64,000 nucleotides of DNA from Alphaproteobacteria bacterium UBA830 (lineage in GTDB: Bacteria; Pseudomonadota; Alphaproteobacteria; MPNO01; UBA830). The notes below the pieces were generated by a model that saw nothing but the letters and a program-made list of their open reading frames with translations, searched no databases and was not told the DNA's origin. Shown here in pieces: positions 40,818 through 50,405 of this stretch; position 1 is the stretch's first letter; each line of letters opens with the position of its first letter. The translations under genes and the position numbers were made by a program. The stretch is taken from assembly GCA_905181725.1 (NCBI GenBank), contig CAJIYX010000059.1, forward strand, positions 11,184-75,183. The letters run 5' to 3'.

Positions 40818-41288
40818 TCACTTACCGCAGCAGCGCTTGAATTTCTTTCCTGATTCGCAGGGGCAGGGATCATTTCGTCCGGTCTTGCCGACGGGTGTGG
40901 TGGCGACCGCACCGTCGACATAGACCCAAAGCCCGTCTTCGCGCCGGAAGCGGGAGTTTTCCCGGTGAACGCGGGTTGCGCCTCCATCGCTCTGGTCTTT
41001 GAACCGGGCGGTGAAGTCGACCGTACCTGTTGCGTCCGCAACGCCCCCGCCTGAGGTGCCATTAATTTTGAGGCCGACCCATGTGACGGCGGGAAGGTCG
41101 GTATCTAGGCTGTCGCGATGTTCAGACGTAGTGGTCCGCGCGATATAGGTGCCGTCGCCGTGCGCGAAGGCGGTGTAGCGCGACCGCATGAGGGCTTCGG
41201 CGGTGGGTGCGGGCAGGCCCGCCAGATAGGGACCGCAGCACGTATCGAACCGCTCGCCCGATCCGCAGCGGCATTGTTTTGCCGGCAT
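40818..41288 (-). CDS. YchJ family protein with SEC-C motifs
   Basis: CRCGSG..CC, TAEALMRSRY, ENSRF and GRNDPCPCESGKKFKRCC motifs. Confidence 0.92.
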   Translation of the reverse strand: MPAKQCRCGSGERFDTCCGPYLAGLPAPTAEALMRSRYTAFAHGDGTYIARTTTSEHRDSLDTDLPAVTWVGLKINGTSGGGVADATGTVDFTARFKDQSDGGATRVHRENSRFRREDGLWVYVDGAVATTPVGKTGRNDPCPCESGKKFKRCCGK

Positions 41289-41292
41289 CGGT

Positions 41293-41895
41293 CTATTCTC
41301 CTTCTTCCGCAACGACGAAAAGTTGCCGCGCGGAGATTTTAAGATTGGCGATATAGGCTTTCTGCGACCAGCCGCAATCGATTGTCAGGTGTTCCCAGTT
41401 ATGCACCGACAGCATCGTCCATAACAGGTCGGTTGCCCGTCCGCGCGGATATGCGGGCGACAGGCGGCCGTCGGTTTTCAGGGCATTGATCGCAGCAGTG
41501 CATCCTTCGCGCATCGCGGCCATCCGGCTGTCCCAGGCGGCGGCTGCCGCTTCATCGCCTGACTCCTTTAGTGCAAGCAGGACCCGGGCGATGCCGTAAA
41601 TCTCGGGAATGTAATTCCCCCAGGCGTCGATATATGTATCGAGTCGCGCCTCGCCGGAGATGGCCGTACGGCTGGCCGCAAGACGGGCGTCGATGTCTTT
41701 TGCTTCATCGACATAGAGCGTGGTTGCGATCAGCAGGTCGGTACGGGTGGCAAAATGCAGATAGAGCGCCTGGCGGCTGATGCCTGCCCGTTTGGCGATG
41801 TCCACCATGCGGAGTGCGGTTTCGGGGGTGTCCGCCACGAGCGACAGAACGGCGTCGCGAACCCGGGAGCGCGTGTCTGATTTTTTAATTGACAT
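41293..41895 (-). CDS. TetR/AcrR family regulator
   Basis: HTH DIAKRAGISRQALYLHF. Confidence 0.92.
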   Translation of the reverse strand: MSIKKSDTRSRVRDAVLSLVADTPETALRMVDIAKRAGISRQALYLHFATRTDLLIATTLYVDEAKDIDARLAASRTAISGEARLDTYIDAWGNYIPEIYGIARVLLALKESGDEAAAAAWDSRMAAMREGCTAAINALKTDGRLSPAYPRGRATDLLWTMLSVHNWEHLTIDCGWSQKAYIANLKISARQLFVVAEEGE

Positions 41896-41947
41896 ATTGT
41901 CAAGTAGCACCTTCTTGTCACTCCGTCAATTGACAGATTGTCAAGTA
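41887..41947. promoter_or_regulatory. Candidate TetR operator array
   Basis: TTGACAtatTGTCAA (41889-41903), TTGtCActccGTCAA (41915-41929) and TTGACAgatTGTCAA (41930-41944). Confidence 0.8.
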
Positions 41948-41977
41948 ATTTAGTTCAGCTCACTTATGGAGAAGACG

Positions 41978-42601
41978 ATGAAGATAATTATTTTTGGCGC
42001 GTCCGGCTCTGTCGGGCGTCATTTGGTCGACCAGGCGCTGACCGCCGGAGACAGCGTCACCGCGTTTGGTCGCAATCCATCGGTTTTGACGGCGGACCAC
42101 GCCAATCTGGCACGGCAGGCAGGCGACGTCCTCGGCCCCGCTTCGGTTCTGTCGGCAGTCGGTAGGCACGATGTCGTGATGATCGCGCTCGGGGCGGGCA
42201 GAAAAGGCACCGTTCGTGCGGCCGGAACACAAAACATCATCGCGGCCATGACGCATCATGGCCTGCGCCGCCTGGTCTCCGCATCGACGCTCGGTGCGGG
42301 CGACAGCTACCCCGTGCGCAACTTTTTCTGGAAGCGGGTCATGTTCGGTCTGTTGTTGCGTGACGCATTTGCCGATCATCAGATGCAAGAAAAAGCCATT
42401 CGTCAAAGCGATCTGGACTGGGTCATCCTACGTCCCGGCGCTTACACCGATGGGCCGGTCACCGGGGTCTATAAATACGGCTTCGAGGCGACCGAAAAGA
42501 AGGTCGCCCTGAAAAGATCGCGGGCCGATGTCGCGGGTTTTTTGTTTCAATAACTCACCGGCACCACTTGGCTGCGCCAGACGCTAGGGTTTTCTTACTG
42601 A
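41978..42601 (+). pseudogene. NAD(P)H-binding flavin/biliverdin-reductase-like protein with a late nonsense codon
   Basis: FGASGSVG, DWVILRP and SRADVA motifs; TAA at 42551-42553 is followed in frame by LTGTTWLRQTLGFSY*, a family-like C-terminus. Confidence 0.7.
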
Positions 42602-42727
42602 TCGCCCCTACCGATTTTGTGCGGTCTGCCCTCGCACGCTCTGTCTCTTTCCTGAATATGCATCACGGCTGGACGCGGCGTGGCCGCTGCGCCACATTTG
42701 GCGGGCATACAGTTTCAGGAGGACAAG

Positions 42728-43333
42728 ATGCCAAGAGGCGTGATCGATACTGACGGGCTGATAACGCCCGACCTTCAGGCATTGCGCGAAACACAGACGC
42801 CGGACGGTCTGCCGTTCAGTATTGCGAAGATCGGGCATGTGGTCCTCATGGTCCAGGATCTCGAAAAGTCGGTCGATTTCTATACCCGTGTGCTCGGCTT
42901 CCGGGTGTCTGATGTCTATCCCGCGACGATGGTGCCGGGTCGGATGGTCTTCATGCGGTGTGCGAATGATCACCATGGTGTGGCGCTGGTCGGCGGTGCG
43001 GCTGCACCCGGCAACAGTAACGAGCTCAATCACATGGCGTTCGAAGTAGCGACCTTGGACGAGGTGTTCCGGGCGCGTGTCCATCTTGAGGCCGAGGGCG
43101 TGAAGATTACCTATGCCGGGCGCCGCCGCGCGGGTTGTCAGGTCGCGGTTGAATTCCTCGATCCTGACAACCACGTCCTCGAAATATATTGGGGTATCGA
43201 CCAGGTCGGCAGCGAGGGGCAGGTCCGCCTGCCTGCGGAATGGCGTGAGGAAATGACGCTTGAGGGCGCGGTCGATAACGCACCCCCGGGCCAGGACACC
43301 ACTCTTGCGGATCCGTCGCTGCGGCGCGACTAA
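42728..43333 (+). CDS. VOC family protein (extradiol dioxygenase-like)
   Basis: IGHVVL, DHHGVAL, LNHMAF and FLDPDNHVLE motifs. Confidence 0.88.
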   Translation: MPRGVIDTDGLITPDLQALRETQTPDGLPFSIAKIGHVVLMVQDLEKSVDFYTRVLGFRVSDVYPATMVPGRMVFMRCANDHHGVALVGGAAAPGNSNELNHMAFEVATLDEVFRARVHLEAEGVKITYAGRRRAGCQVAVEFLDPDNHVLEIYWGIDQVGSEGQVRLPAEWREEMTLEGAVDNAPPGQDTTLADPSLRRD

Positions 43334-43360
43334 AAGCCCCCGTTAGAGCAACGCTTCACC

Positions 43361-45691
43361 TTATGAAGCGTTGCTGCGATGGCTGGACGGGGCCGCGGCC
43401 CGGCGAAGATTTTCCGCTTCAACCTTTTTGCGCTGGGCAAGGCGCATCGCCTGATCTTTTGCCGAGTCGTACTGAAAGGGCCAGCGCTGCGCCGCATGGC
43501 CATACCAGGCGGAGGCCTCTAGCGTGAAATGGGGGTTGGTCAGGTGTGGTCGGGCGAGGGCGACGAGGTCGGCGCGCCCCGCGGCGACGATCGTGTTTAC
43601 CTGATCCGATGTTGTGATGTTGCCCACCGCGATGGTTGGTATGTCGGCTTCATTGCGGATCTGTTCCGAGAACGGCGTCTGGAACATCCGCCCGTAGACG
43701 GGCTTTGCCTCAGGCGTGGTCTGACCGGCTGACACGTCGATCAGATCGCAGCCGTGATCCTTGAAGGCGCGCCCGATCTCGACCGCGTCCTCGCCGGTGA
43801 CCCCGCCCTCGCCGACCCAGTCGGTCGCCGATATCCGTACCGATATCGGCTTGTCGTCGGGCCAGGCGGCGCGGACGGCATCGAACACCTCGAGCGGAAA
43901 CCGTAGGCGGTTTTCCAGGCTGCCGCCATATTCGTCCGTGCGCTTATTGGCGACCGGTGTGATGAAGCAGGACAGCAGATAGCCATGCGCCATGTGCAGC
44001 TCGATCATGTCGGCGCCGGCCGCGTCGGCCATCGTTGTGGCGCAGGCGAAATCGTCGCGCACCCTGTCCATATCGGCGCGGGTTATCTCGCGCGGCACAT
44101 GCATGCCGGCGCCATGCGCAAGGGGAGACGGGGAAATCACGTCCCAGTTGCCGGCGGTCAGCGGCACGTCCATACCTTCCCAGCCGACCCGGGTTGATCC
44201 CTTGCGCCCGGCATGGCCGATCTGCAGGCAGAACCTGGCGTCGGAATTCGTGTGGACGAAATCGACGATGCGCTTCCAGGCCGCGACGTGTTCGCCCGAA
44301 TACAGCCCCGAACAGCCGGGCGTGATCCGGCCCTCGGCGGACACGCAGGCCATTTCCGAAAAGATCAGCCCGGCGCCGCCCAACGCCATGCCACCCAGGT
44401 GTACGAAGTGGAAATCGCCCGGCACGCCGTCGGTGCTCGAATACATGTCCATCGGCGATACCACGACGCGGTTGGCCAGCGTCATGCCGCGCAAAGAGAA
44501 CGGCGTGAACATCGGCGGGGGTGTGCCGTCGACCTCATGCCCTGCGCTTCGGACATCATTGGCAAACCAGCTGTCGATCCGCTCGATCAATGCTGGGTCG
44601 CGCAGGCGCAGGTTCTCATACGTCACCTGTTTTGAGCGCGACAGCATCGAGAACGCGGCCTGCAGCGGCGCCATGTCCCAGTAGCGCTGCGGTTCTTCGG
44701 TCCAGATCACCGAGACTTCCGAGGCGTGCTGGGTTTTTTCGACCTCTTCGCGCCGCATCTCCTCGAACCGTACCTGGGCGGCCGGGACTGAATTCGTTTC
44801 GACTAGCGCATCGACAAGCGCGATCGAGTCCTCCATGGCGAGCTTGGTACCCGAGCCGATCGAATAATGCGCAGTGTGCAGCCCGTCGCCGATCATGGTG
44901 TAGCGGTCATGCGACCAGGCTTCGCAGCGGATCATCGGGAATTGCCGCCAGACGGTTTTATTCGCGACCAGGTCGTATTTGCCGTCTTCCAACCGGTCGG
45001 CCCAGAGTTGTTTCATATATGAGACAAGTGTCTCGCCGGTGAGACAACCGATTGTGGCCTCCGCGCTTGCCCAGGTCCGCTCCGGGGCTTCGACGATCCA
45101 GGTGCTCATGCCCGGTTTATACTGATAGGCGCCGAGCACCCAGATGCCGTGATCGTCGGTCGTAAAATCGAACGTGAACGCATCATAAGGCCGCGTGGTG
45201 CCGAGCCAGGCGAAGCGGTTCTTGCGCCACTGGATGTCTGCCCGGAATTTATCGGGAAACGCGTTGCGGACGACGCTGTTGATGCCGTCCGCACCGACCA
45301 CCAGATCGGCGTCGATATCGTCCAGGTTACGGACTTCGTGATTGAATTTCATGTCGACGCCGACCTCGGCACAGCGCCGCTGCAAAATCTGCAGCAGCTC
45401 CATCCGCCCGCAGCCGCAGAACCCGTGGCCGGTCGAGCGGATCGTCTCGCCGTGCAGGACGAAATCGATCTCGTCCCAATAGGCGAACTGGTCGGTGATG
45501 GCATCGTAGCTTTCGGGATCGCGGGCGAGGAAACCGTCAAGCGTCTCGTCCGAAAACACCACGCCGAAGCCGAACGTGTCATCCGCCGCATTGCGCTCAT
45601 AGACCGTTAAATCATTGCCTGGGAACGCTTTTTTGGCAAGCAGAGCAAAATAGAGCCCGCCCGGTCCGCCGCCGATCACTGCGATGCGCAT
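43361..45691 (-). CDS. Bifunctional salicylyl-CoA 5-hydroxylase / 2-aminobenzoyl-CoA monooxygenase-reductase (AbmA-like)
   Basis: GGGPGG, DTFGFGVVFSD and HTAHYSIGSGTKLAMED motifs plus an OYE domain (HMAHGYLL). Confidence 0.92.
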   Translation of the reverse strand: MRIAVIGGGPGGLYFALLAKKAFPGNDLTVYERNAADDTFGFGVVFSDETLDGFLARDPESYDAITDQFAYWDEIDFVLHGETIRSTGHGFCGCGRMELLQILQRRCAEVGVDMKFNHEVRNLDDIDADLVVGADGINSVVRNAFPDKFRADIQWRKNRFAWLGTTRPYDAFTFDFTTDDHGIWVLGAYQYKPGMSTWIVEAPERTWASAEATIGCLTGETLVSYMKQLWADRLEDGKYDLVANKTVWRQFPMIRCEAWSHDRYTMIGDGLHTAHYSIGSGTKLAMEDSIALVDALVETNSVPAAQVRFEEMRREEVEKTQHASEVSVIWTEEPQRYWDMAPLQAAFSMLSRSKQVTYENLRLRDPALIERIDSWFANDVRSAGHEVDGTPPPMFTPFSLRGMTLANRVVVSPMDMYSSTDGVPGDFHFVHLGGMALGGAGLIFSEMACVSAEGRITPGCSGLYSGEHVAAWKRIVDFVHTNSDARFCLQIGHAGRKGSTRVGWEGMDVPLTAGNWDVISPSPLAHGAGMHVPREITRADMDRVRDDFACATTMADAAGADMIELHMAHGYLLSCFITPVANKRTDEYGGSLENRLRFPLEVFDAVRAAWPDDKPISVRISATDWVGEGGVTGEDAVEIGRAFKDHGCDLIDVSAGQTTPEAKPVYGRMFQTPFSEQIRNEADIPTIAVGNITTSDQVNTIVAAGRADLVALARPHLTNPHFTLEASAWYGHAAQRWPFQYDSAKDQAMRLAQRKKVEAENLRRAAAPSSHRSNAS

Positions 45692-45720
45692 GGTTGTTGT
45701 CCTCTTCTTCATCCCCAATA

Positions 45721-45737
45721 TTTATCTAATATATAAA
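45721..45737. promoter_or_regulatory. Candidate MarR operator
   Basis: Near-perfect AT-rich palindrome TTTATCTAATATATAAA between divergent abmA-like and marR genes. Confidence 0.5.
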
Positions 45738-45799
45738 ATATTTACAGGTCTATGGTCAACTCGTAAGATATCGGCCATACAACACGGAATTTAGTCCTC

Positions 45800-46327
45800 A
45801 TGGCATCAACCCTCGGCCATCTCGGCGAACCCCATTTAGACGATGACGAAAAACTGTCACTGAGCCTGTGGCTGCAACTGATGAAATGCACCAAGGAGAT
45901 CGAGGCCGGTATCGGTGGCCGGCTGCGTAAAGTCCACAGCCAGAGCCTGGCGCGGTTCGACGTGCTGTCGCAGCTGCACCGCTTCGGCGGCGACTGGGCC
46001 GCGGTCGGTGAGATTTCCGGGCGCGTCATGGCGTCGAGCGGTAACATCACGGCGCTGGTTGACCGCATGGTCGCCGACGATCTGATCGTGCGCCGCGCCA
46101 ACCCCGATGACCGGCGTAGTCACCAGCTCCGCATGACCGACACGGGCGCCGCGCTGTTCGACGAGATGACGGCGGATCACGCGCGCTGGGTCGATGATGC
46201 GCTGGTCGGCATCGACGATACCGATAAAGAGCGCCTGATCGAGTTGCTCATAAACGTGCGCCGCGCCTTTGAGGCAACAAAAAATCAGGCCCAGAAAAAT
46301 CAGGCGAAGACAGGAGAGACCCCATGA
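45800..46327 (+). CDS. MarR family regulator
   Basis: LARFDVLSQL, SGNITALVDRM and DDRRS motifs. Confidence 0.92.
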   Translation: MASTLGHLGEPHLDDDEKLSLSLWLQLMKCTKEIEAGIGGRLRKVHSQSLARFDVLSQLHRFGGDWAAVGEISGRVMASSGNITALVDRMVADDLIVRRANPDDRRSHQLRMTDTGAALFDEMTADHARWVDDALVGIDDTDKERLIELLINVRRAFEATKNQAQKNQAKTGETP

Positions 46328-47622
46328 CCGGATTGCTGCCACTGCCGGCGTCGCGCGATGAGATCCTCAAAATCCAGTCCGACCGCAAGCGCGTCGCGTT
46401 CGAGTGCGCCAAGCAGGCCGTCTGGTACAAGGGCAAGCTCGACCACATCAATGTCGACAGGCTAGACGATCCCTATGAGTGGCAGAAAATCGCAATCGTC
46501 GACAAGGACGTGCTGCGCAAGCTCGACCATAAGACCTTCATGGAGCAGTTCTGTATCGCGCCGCGCGCCGATATCGCCGAATACTGGCGGTCGGGTGGCA
46601 CGACCGGTGCGCCGGTTTTTTATCCGCGGACGTTCAAGGATGTCGAATACGGCATGGTGACCTGGGGTCGGTCTTTCCCCGCGATGGATATCAGCCCGGG
46701 CGATTCCTGCCATATCTCGTTTCCCATCGGTATTCATCCCGCAGGCCAGATCTGGGCGCGGTCTGCGCATGAGGCCGGTGTCGGTATGAACTGGGTCGGT
46801 TCCGGAAATTCGGTGCCGTCGGCGGCCCAGCTTGCGCTGATTCAATCGCTGGAACCGACCGTGCTGATTGCGATGCCGAGCTTTGCGCTGCACCTGTCGA
46901 ATCTGGCGGCTGAGCAGGGCATCGACCTGACCCAGTCGAGTGTTAGCAAGATCATCTGTTCGGCCGAGCCGCTGTCGGATGCCAAGCGCGAAAAGCTCGC
47001 CCGCACCTGGGGCGCCGACGTGTTCAACGTCTTCGGGATGAGCGAGGCCGGGCTGATGGGCGCCGAGGGTGCTGCCCATGACGGTATTCATATCTGGTCC
47101 GACATGTTTTTCCTCGAGGTGGTCGACCCCGAGACCGGCGAGATGCTGGAGCCCGGCTCGGAAGGCCACATGTGCCAGACCCCGCTATGGACCGGTCACG
47201 CGACGCCGTTCCTGCGCTGGAATGCCGGCGATATAGTGACGTTTGTCGAACACGGGACAAGCGGCGGTCAGTTCGCCGATCTGTTCCCGATGATCCGCCA
47301 CGCCAACCGCACGACCGGTTTCTTCAAGATCCGCGGCGTGAACATCAACCACACGGAGTTCGAGGATTTTGTGTTTTCGATTCCCGCCGTCAACGATTTC
47401 CAGGCGCTGCTGGTCACTGACGATAACGATCTCGAAACCCTCAACGTCCGTATCGAGGTCCGGCGCGGTGAAGATTCCGCCGCCATCGCCGCCGCTATGG
47501 CCGACCGGATCAAGGCGGTCTTCGAAATGTCGGCCCGCATCGACGTGCTGGAGATCGGCACGCTGGCGCGCCTGTTCGAATCGTCCATCAAGGCGCCCCG
47601 GTTCGTCGATGAGCGTAAATAG
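46324..47622 (+). CDS. Phenylacetate-CoA ligase (PaaK) family protein
   Basis: SGGTTG, FGMSE, LRWNAGD and KIRGVN motifs; overlaps marR (ATGA). Confidence 0.85.
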   Translation: MTGLLPLPASRDEILKIQSDRKRVAFECAKQAVWYKGKLDHINVDRLDDPYEWQKIAIVDKDVLRKLDHKTFMEQFCIAPRADIAEYWRSGGTTGAPVFYPRTFKDVEYGMVTWGRSFPAMDISPGDSCHISFPIGIHPAGQIWARSAHEAGVGMNWVGSGNSVPSAAQLALIQSLEPTVLIAMPSFALHLSNLAAEQGIDLTQSSVSKIICSAEPLSDAKREKLARTWGADVFNVFGMSEAGLMGAEGAAHDGIHIWSDMFFLEVVDPETGEMLEPGSEGHMCQTPLWTGHATPFLRWNAGDIVTFVEHGTSGGQFADLFPMIRHANRTTGFFKIRGVNINHTEFEDFVFSIPAVNDFQALLVTDDNDLETLNVRIEVRRGEDSAAIAAAMADRIKAVFEMSARIDVLEIGTLARLFESSIKAPRFVDERK

Positions 47623-47736
47623 CCGAAGGCCCTGATATTCCGCCGGATTCCCCATAATCTATGATGGCGTGGGCGATTTCCCCACCGCGCGAAAATCCTT
47701 TAAGCTCCCCCTCAGCTTCAGGAGTACCCGTTTGTT

Positions 47737-48759
47737 ATGACCGGTGTAGATCGCGCGAACGGCCATAAACCGGCCGGTATATCCCCTCTGTTTCACCCGG
47801 CGCTGGCCGATGCGCCGAGGCCGGACCAGGGAAAAATGAACTACGACCTCAACCGGGCGTTGTCCGCGGTGGTCCCCCTGCAGGCGCGCGCGCCGGAAGA
47901 CTCGTTTTCCGCGTCCTATCTCGGCACCGAGCGTGAAGGCAACGCGGTTCTGATCTCCGAAGACGGCCTGCTGCTGACCATCGGCTATCTGATCAATGAA
48001 TGCGATCTGATCACGGTCGGCACTCGGATCGGCGGCGTCGCCGAGGCCCATGTGATTGCCTATGACTACGAAACCGGCCTCGGCCTGATCCGCACGACCG
48101 ACGATCTCGGCGTCGCCCCGCTGGAGCTCGGCCATTCATCGGCGGTACGCGAAGGCGACACGCTGACCGTCGGTGCCCATGGCGGCAAGGCGCAGGCCAT
48201 CGCCGCCGAGATTTCATCAGTCCGTGAATTCGCCGGATACTGGGAATACCTGATTTCGGGCGCCATCTTCACCGAGCCGCCCCATCCGATCTGGTCGGGT
48301 GCTGCCCTGCTGGATCACGACGGCAAGCTGGTCGGTATCGGGTCGCTCTTCGTGCAGGATGCGGAAGAAGAAAACGCCGACAAGCAACCCGGCAACATGT
48401 TCGTGCCGGTAGATCTGCTGAAACCGATTTTTGAGCAGCTCATCGAAAAAGGGTGCACCGACCATCCGCCGCGGCCGTGGCTCGGCATCTATACGGTCGA
48501 AACCATGGGCCATCTGCTGATCACATCGGTATCCGAACGCGGCCCCGCCGTCGATGCCGGGGTTGAGCCCGGCGATATCGTGCTCGCCGTGAACGGCGAA
48601 GAGGTCAAGGACCTGCCGACCCTGTACCGCAAATTGTGGGGATCGGGCAAAGCCGGCGTGCTGGTGGATCTCGCCCTGCTGCGCGACCAGCGCATGATCG
48701 AGGTGTCGGTCATCACGGTGGACCGCGCGCGCATCATGCGGCGGCCCAGCACGCATTAG
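47737..48759 (+). CDS. S1C family serine protease with PDZ domain
   Basis: LLTIGYL, FAGYWEY and WSGAAL motifs; C-terminal PDZ. Confidence 0.85.
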   Translation: MTGVDRANGHKPAGISPLFHPALADAPRPDQGKMNYDLNRALSAVVPLQARAPEDSFSASYLGTEREGNAVLISEDGLLLTIGYLINECDLITVGTRIGGVAEAHVIAYDYETGLGLIRTTDDLGVAPLELGHSSAVREGDTLTVGAHGGKAQAIAAEISSVREFAGYWEYLISGAIFTEPPHPIWSGAALLDHDGKLVGIGSLFVQDAEEENADKQPGNMFVPVDLLKPIFEQLIEKGCTDHPPRPWLGIYTVETMGHLLITSVSERGPAVDAGVEPGDIVLAVNGEEVKDLPTLYRKLWGSGKAGVLVDLALLRDQRMIEVSVITVDRARIMRRPSTH

Positions 48760-49059
48760 ACACTGCCGGCGACCAGACTGCCCGCGACCGGATTGGCGGC
48801 GATGCTGTCAGCAGGCAGCTGATTTTCGCGTGGTGCGCCGGCTGGGTGGCGTTCTTCCCAACGGGGGCGCAGGTTTCATGTTGGCAGGAAAATCGCCGTT
48901 TCGACGACAATGTTACATTACAGCTTAGGGTAATGTCGCATGAACGAGACATTTCCAGCCCGCTTCTGTCGCCGAAACCGGCGGTTTGTCAGGGGGCAGG
49001 GATCAGCGAACGAGACACTATAGCCAATATGGTAACATGGCTGCTTCCGACCGAGCGGA

Positions 49060-49130
49060 GACCGCTTGTGCATCAACAGCGGACGAAGATCACCCGCAAC
49101 TGTGACGTCTGCTGCTGACTCAAAAAAGAC
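49060..49130 (+). repeat. 71-bp double-hairpin repeat (left copy, degenerate)
   Basis: GACCGCT..AGCGGAC-N22-GTCTGC..AGAC; 54/71 ungapped identity to the reverse complement of 49536-49606. Confidence 0.8.
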
Positions 49131-49264
49131 ATTCCCCCACTATTGTGAAGTGGCGGTTTAAAAACCGTTGCCCGCATATACGTACTAAGATTTTGAATTC
49201 ATCGCCATCCATGTAAATTGGATGTCTCCGTATTCAATCACCGATATCGCTCCAATTCATCTGA

Positions 49265-49465
49265 ACTCCCATTCAACTGAACGGTGGTGTGAGAGACATT
49301 GCGGGGATTTCAATGTGGAACCCCGACCCGGCTGGCATCGCCTACTACAACATCATCTTTGACGTGGCAGGAAATCAAGTGGCTGTTCCCGAACCGGCCA
49401 CTCTGGCCCTGTTTGGCCTTGGCCTCGCGGGTCTCGGCTTCGCACGGTGTAGTATGGCTGCATAA
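49265..49465 (+). pseudogene. PEP-CTERM protein C-terminal remnant
   Basis: ...NIIFDVAGNQVAVPEPATLALFGLGLAGLGFARCSMAA*; in-frame TGA at 49262; no signal peptide. Confidence 0.85.
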
Positions 49466-49535
49466 GTAACTTTTACGACAAATAATTCTTGCAACGGCGG
49501 TTCTTTGGAGGCGCCGTTTTCTTTTGGCCGATGGA

Positions 49536-49606
49536 GTCCGCTTTGTGTCAGAAGCGGACTTCACGGTTGATGGAGATTTTCGTCCGCAGCTGAAGGACAA
49601 GCGGAC
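49536..49606 (-). repeat. 71-bp double-hairpin repeat (right copy, inverted)
   Basis: GTCCGCTTtgtgtcagAAGCGGAC-N22-GTCCGC..GCGGAC. Confidence 0.85.
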
Positions 49607-49619
49607 CTTACCTGGCCGT

Positions 49620-50405
49620 TCAGGTGTCCGCCGCCACCGAAAGTCCCTCCATCGCTATCCAGATCAGCCGGATCGACAGCAGGGTCAGCATCGTCTGTAT
49701 ACCGATCCGGAAGAGGCGTTCGGGAATTCGGTCGAGCGCGTATTTGCCGATATAAGTGCCGATGAAGGATGTGACGATCATCGCGGCGATCAGCGGCCCG
49801 TAACTACCGAAACTCACCCCCAGCAGACCGAATGCCGCCAGCTTTGCCAGATGTACGATGGTCATCAGCACGCCCAGGGTCGCGATGTGATTGCGCCGGT
49901 CGGGGGCGACGGCGGCGGTAAAGGCGGAGAGCAGGGTGCCGGTAGCGCTTATGAAGACACCGAGGAACGTCACCACGAAGCCGACAAACACGAACCGGCC
50001 GCGCTCCGGCCCGAACTGCGCAATCTTCGGCACCCAGGCGAGGGCGAGGATGCTGATCCCGAGTGCCAGCAGTAGGACGTTTTCGGGCAGGCTGACGAAT
50101 ATCCGCCCGCCGATGGCAGCGCCGATGGCCGTGCCCACGGTAAACGGCAGCACCATGTCGCGCATCAGATAGCGCCAGCGCGAGATTGCCATACTGGCAG
50201 CAGCCCCGAGCTGGACGACGGTATGGAGCGGGATCAGCAGCGCCGGAGGAAACACAAAGGCCATCACGGCGATCAGGATCAGCCCGCCTGCCGTGCCGAC
50301 GATAGCAGCGATGAACGCGGCGCCGAGGGCGGCGACGCTGAGCCCGGTGAACACCCAGACATTGATGCCGATCATGCCGAGAAAATTGCCGTCCGCGATA
50401 TCCAT
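49620..50405 (-). CDS. TauE/SafE family membrane protein
   Basis: GTAGGLIL, LIPLHTVVQL and HLAKLAAFG motifs; multiple TM helices. Confidence 0.85.
   Translation of the reverse strand: MDIADGNFLGMIGINVWVFTGLSVAALGAAFIAAIVGTAGGLILIAVMAFVFPPALLIPLHTVVQLGAAASMAISRWRYLMRDMVLPFTVGTAIGAAIGGRIFVSLPENVLLLALGISILALAWVPKIAQFGPERGRFVFVGFVVTFLGVFISATGTLLSAFTAAVAPDRRNHIATLGVLMTIVHLAKLAAFGLLGVSFGSYGPLIAAMIVTSFIGTYIGKYALDRIPERLFRIGIQTMLTLLSIRLIWIAMEGLSVAADT

Noticed and set aside
30469-42553. Three in-frame TAA codons suggesting stop-codon reassignment
   Set aside because: TAA ends intact genes such as hbd, cobS and the RHH gene, and two of the three affected genes also have deletions.
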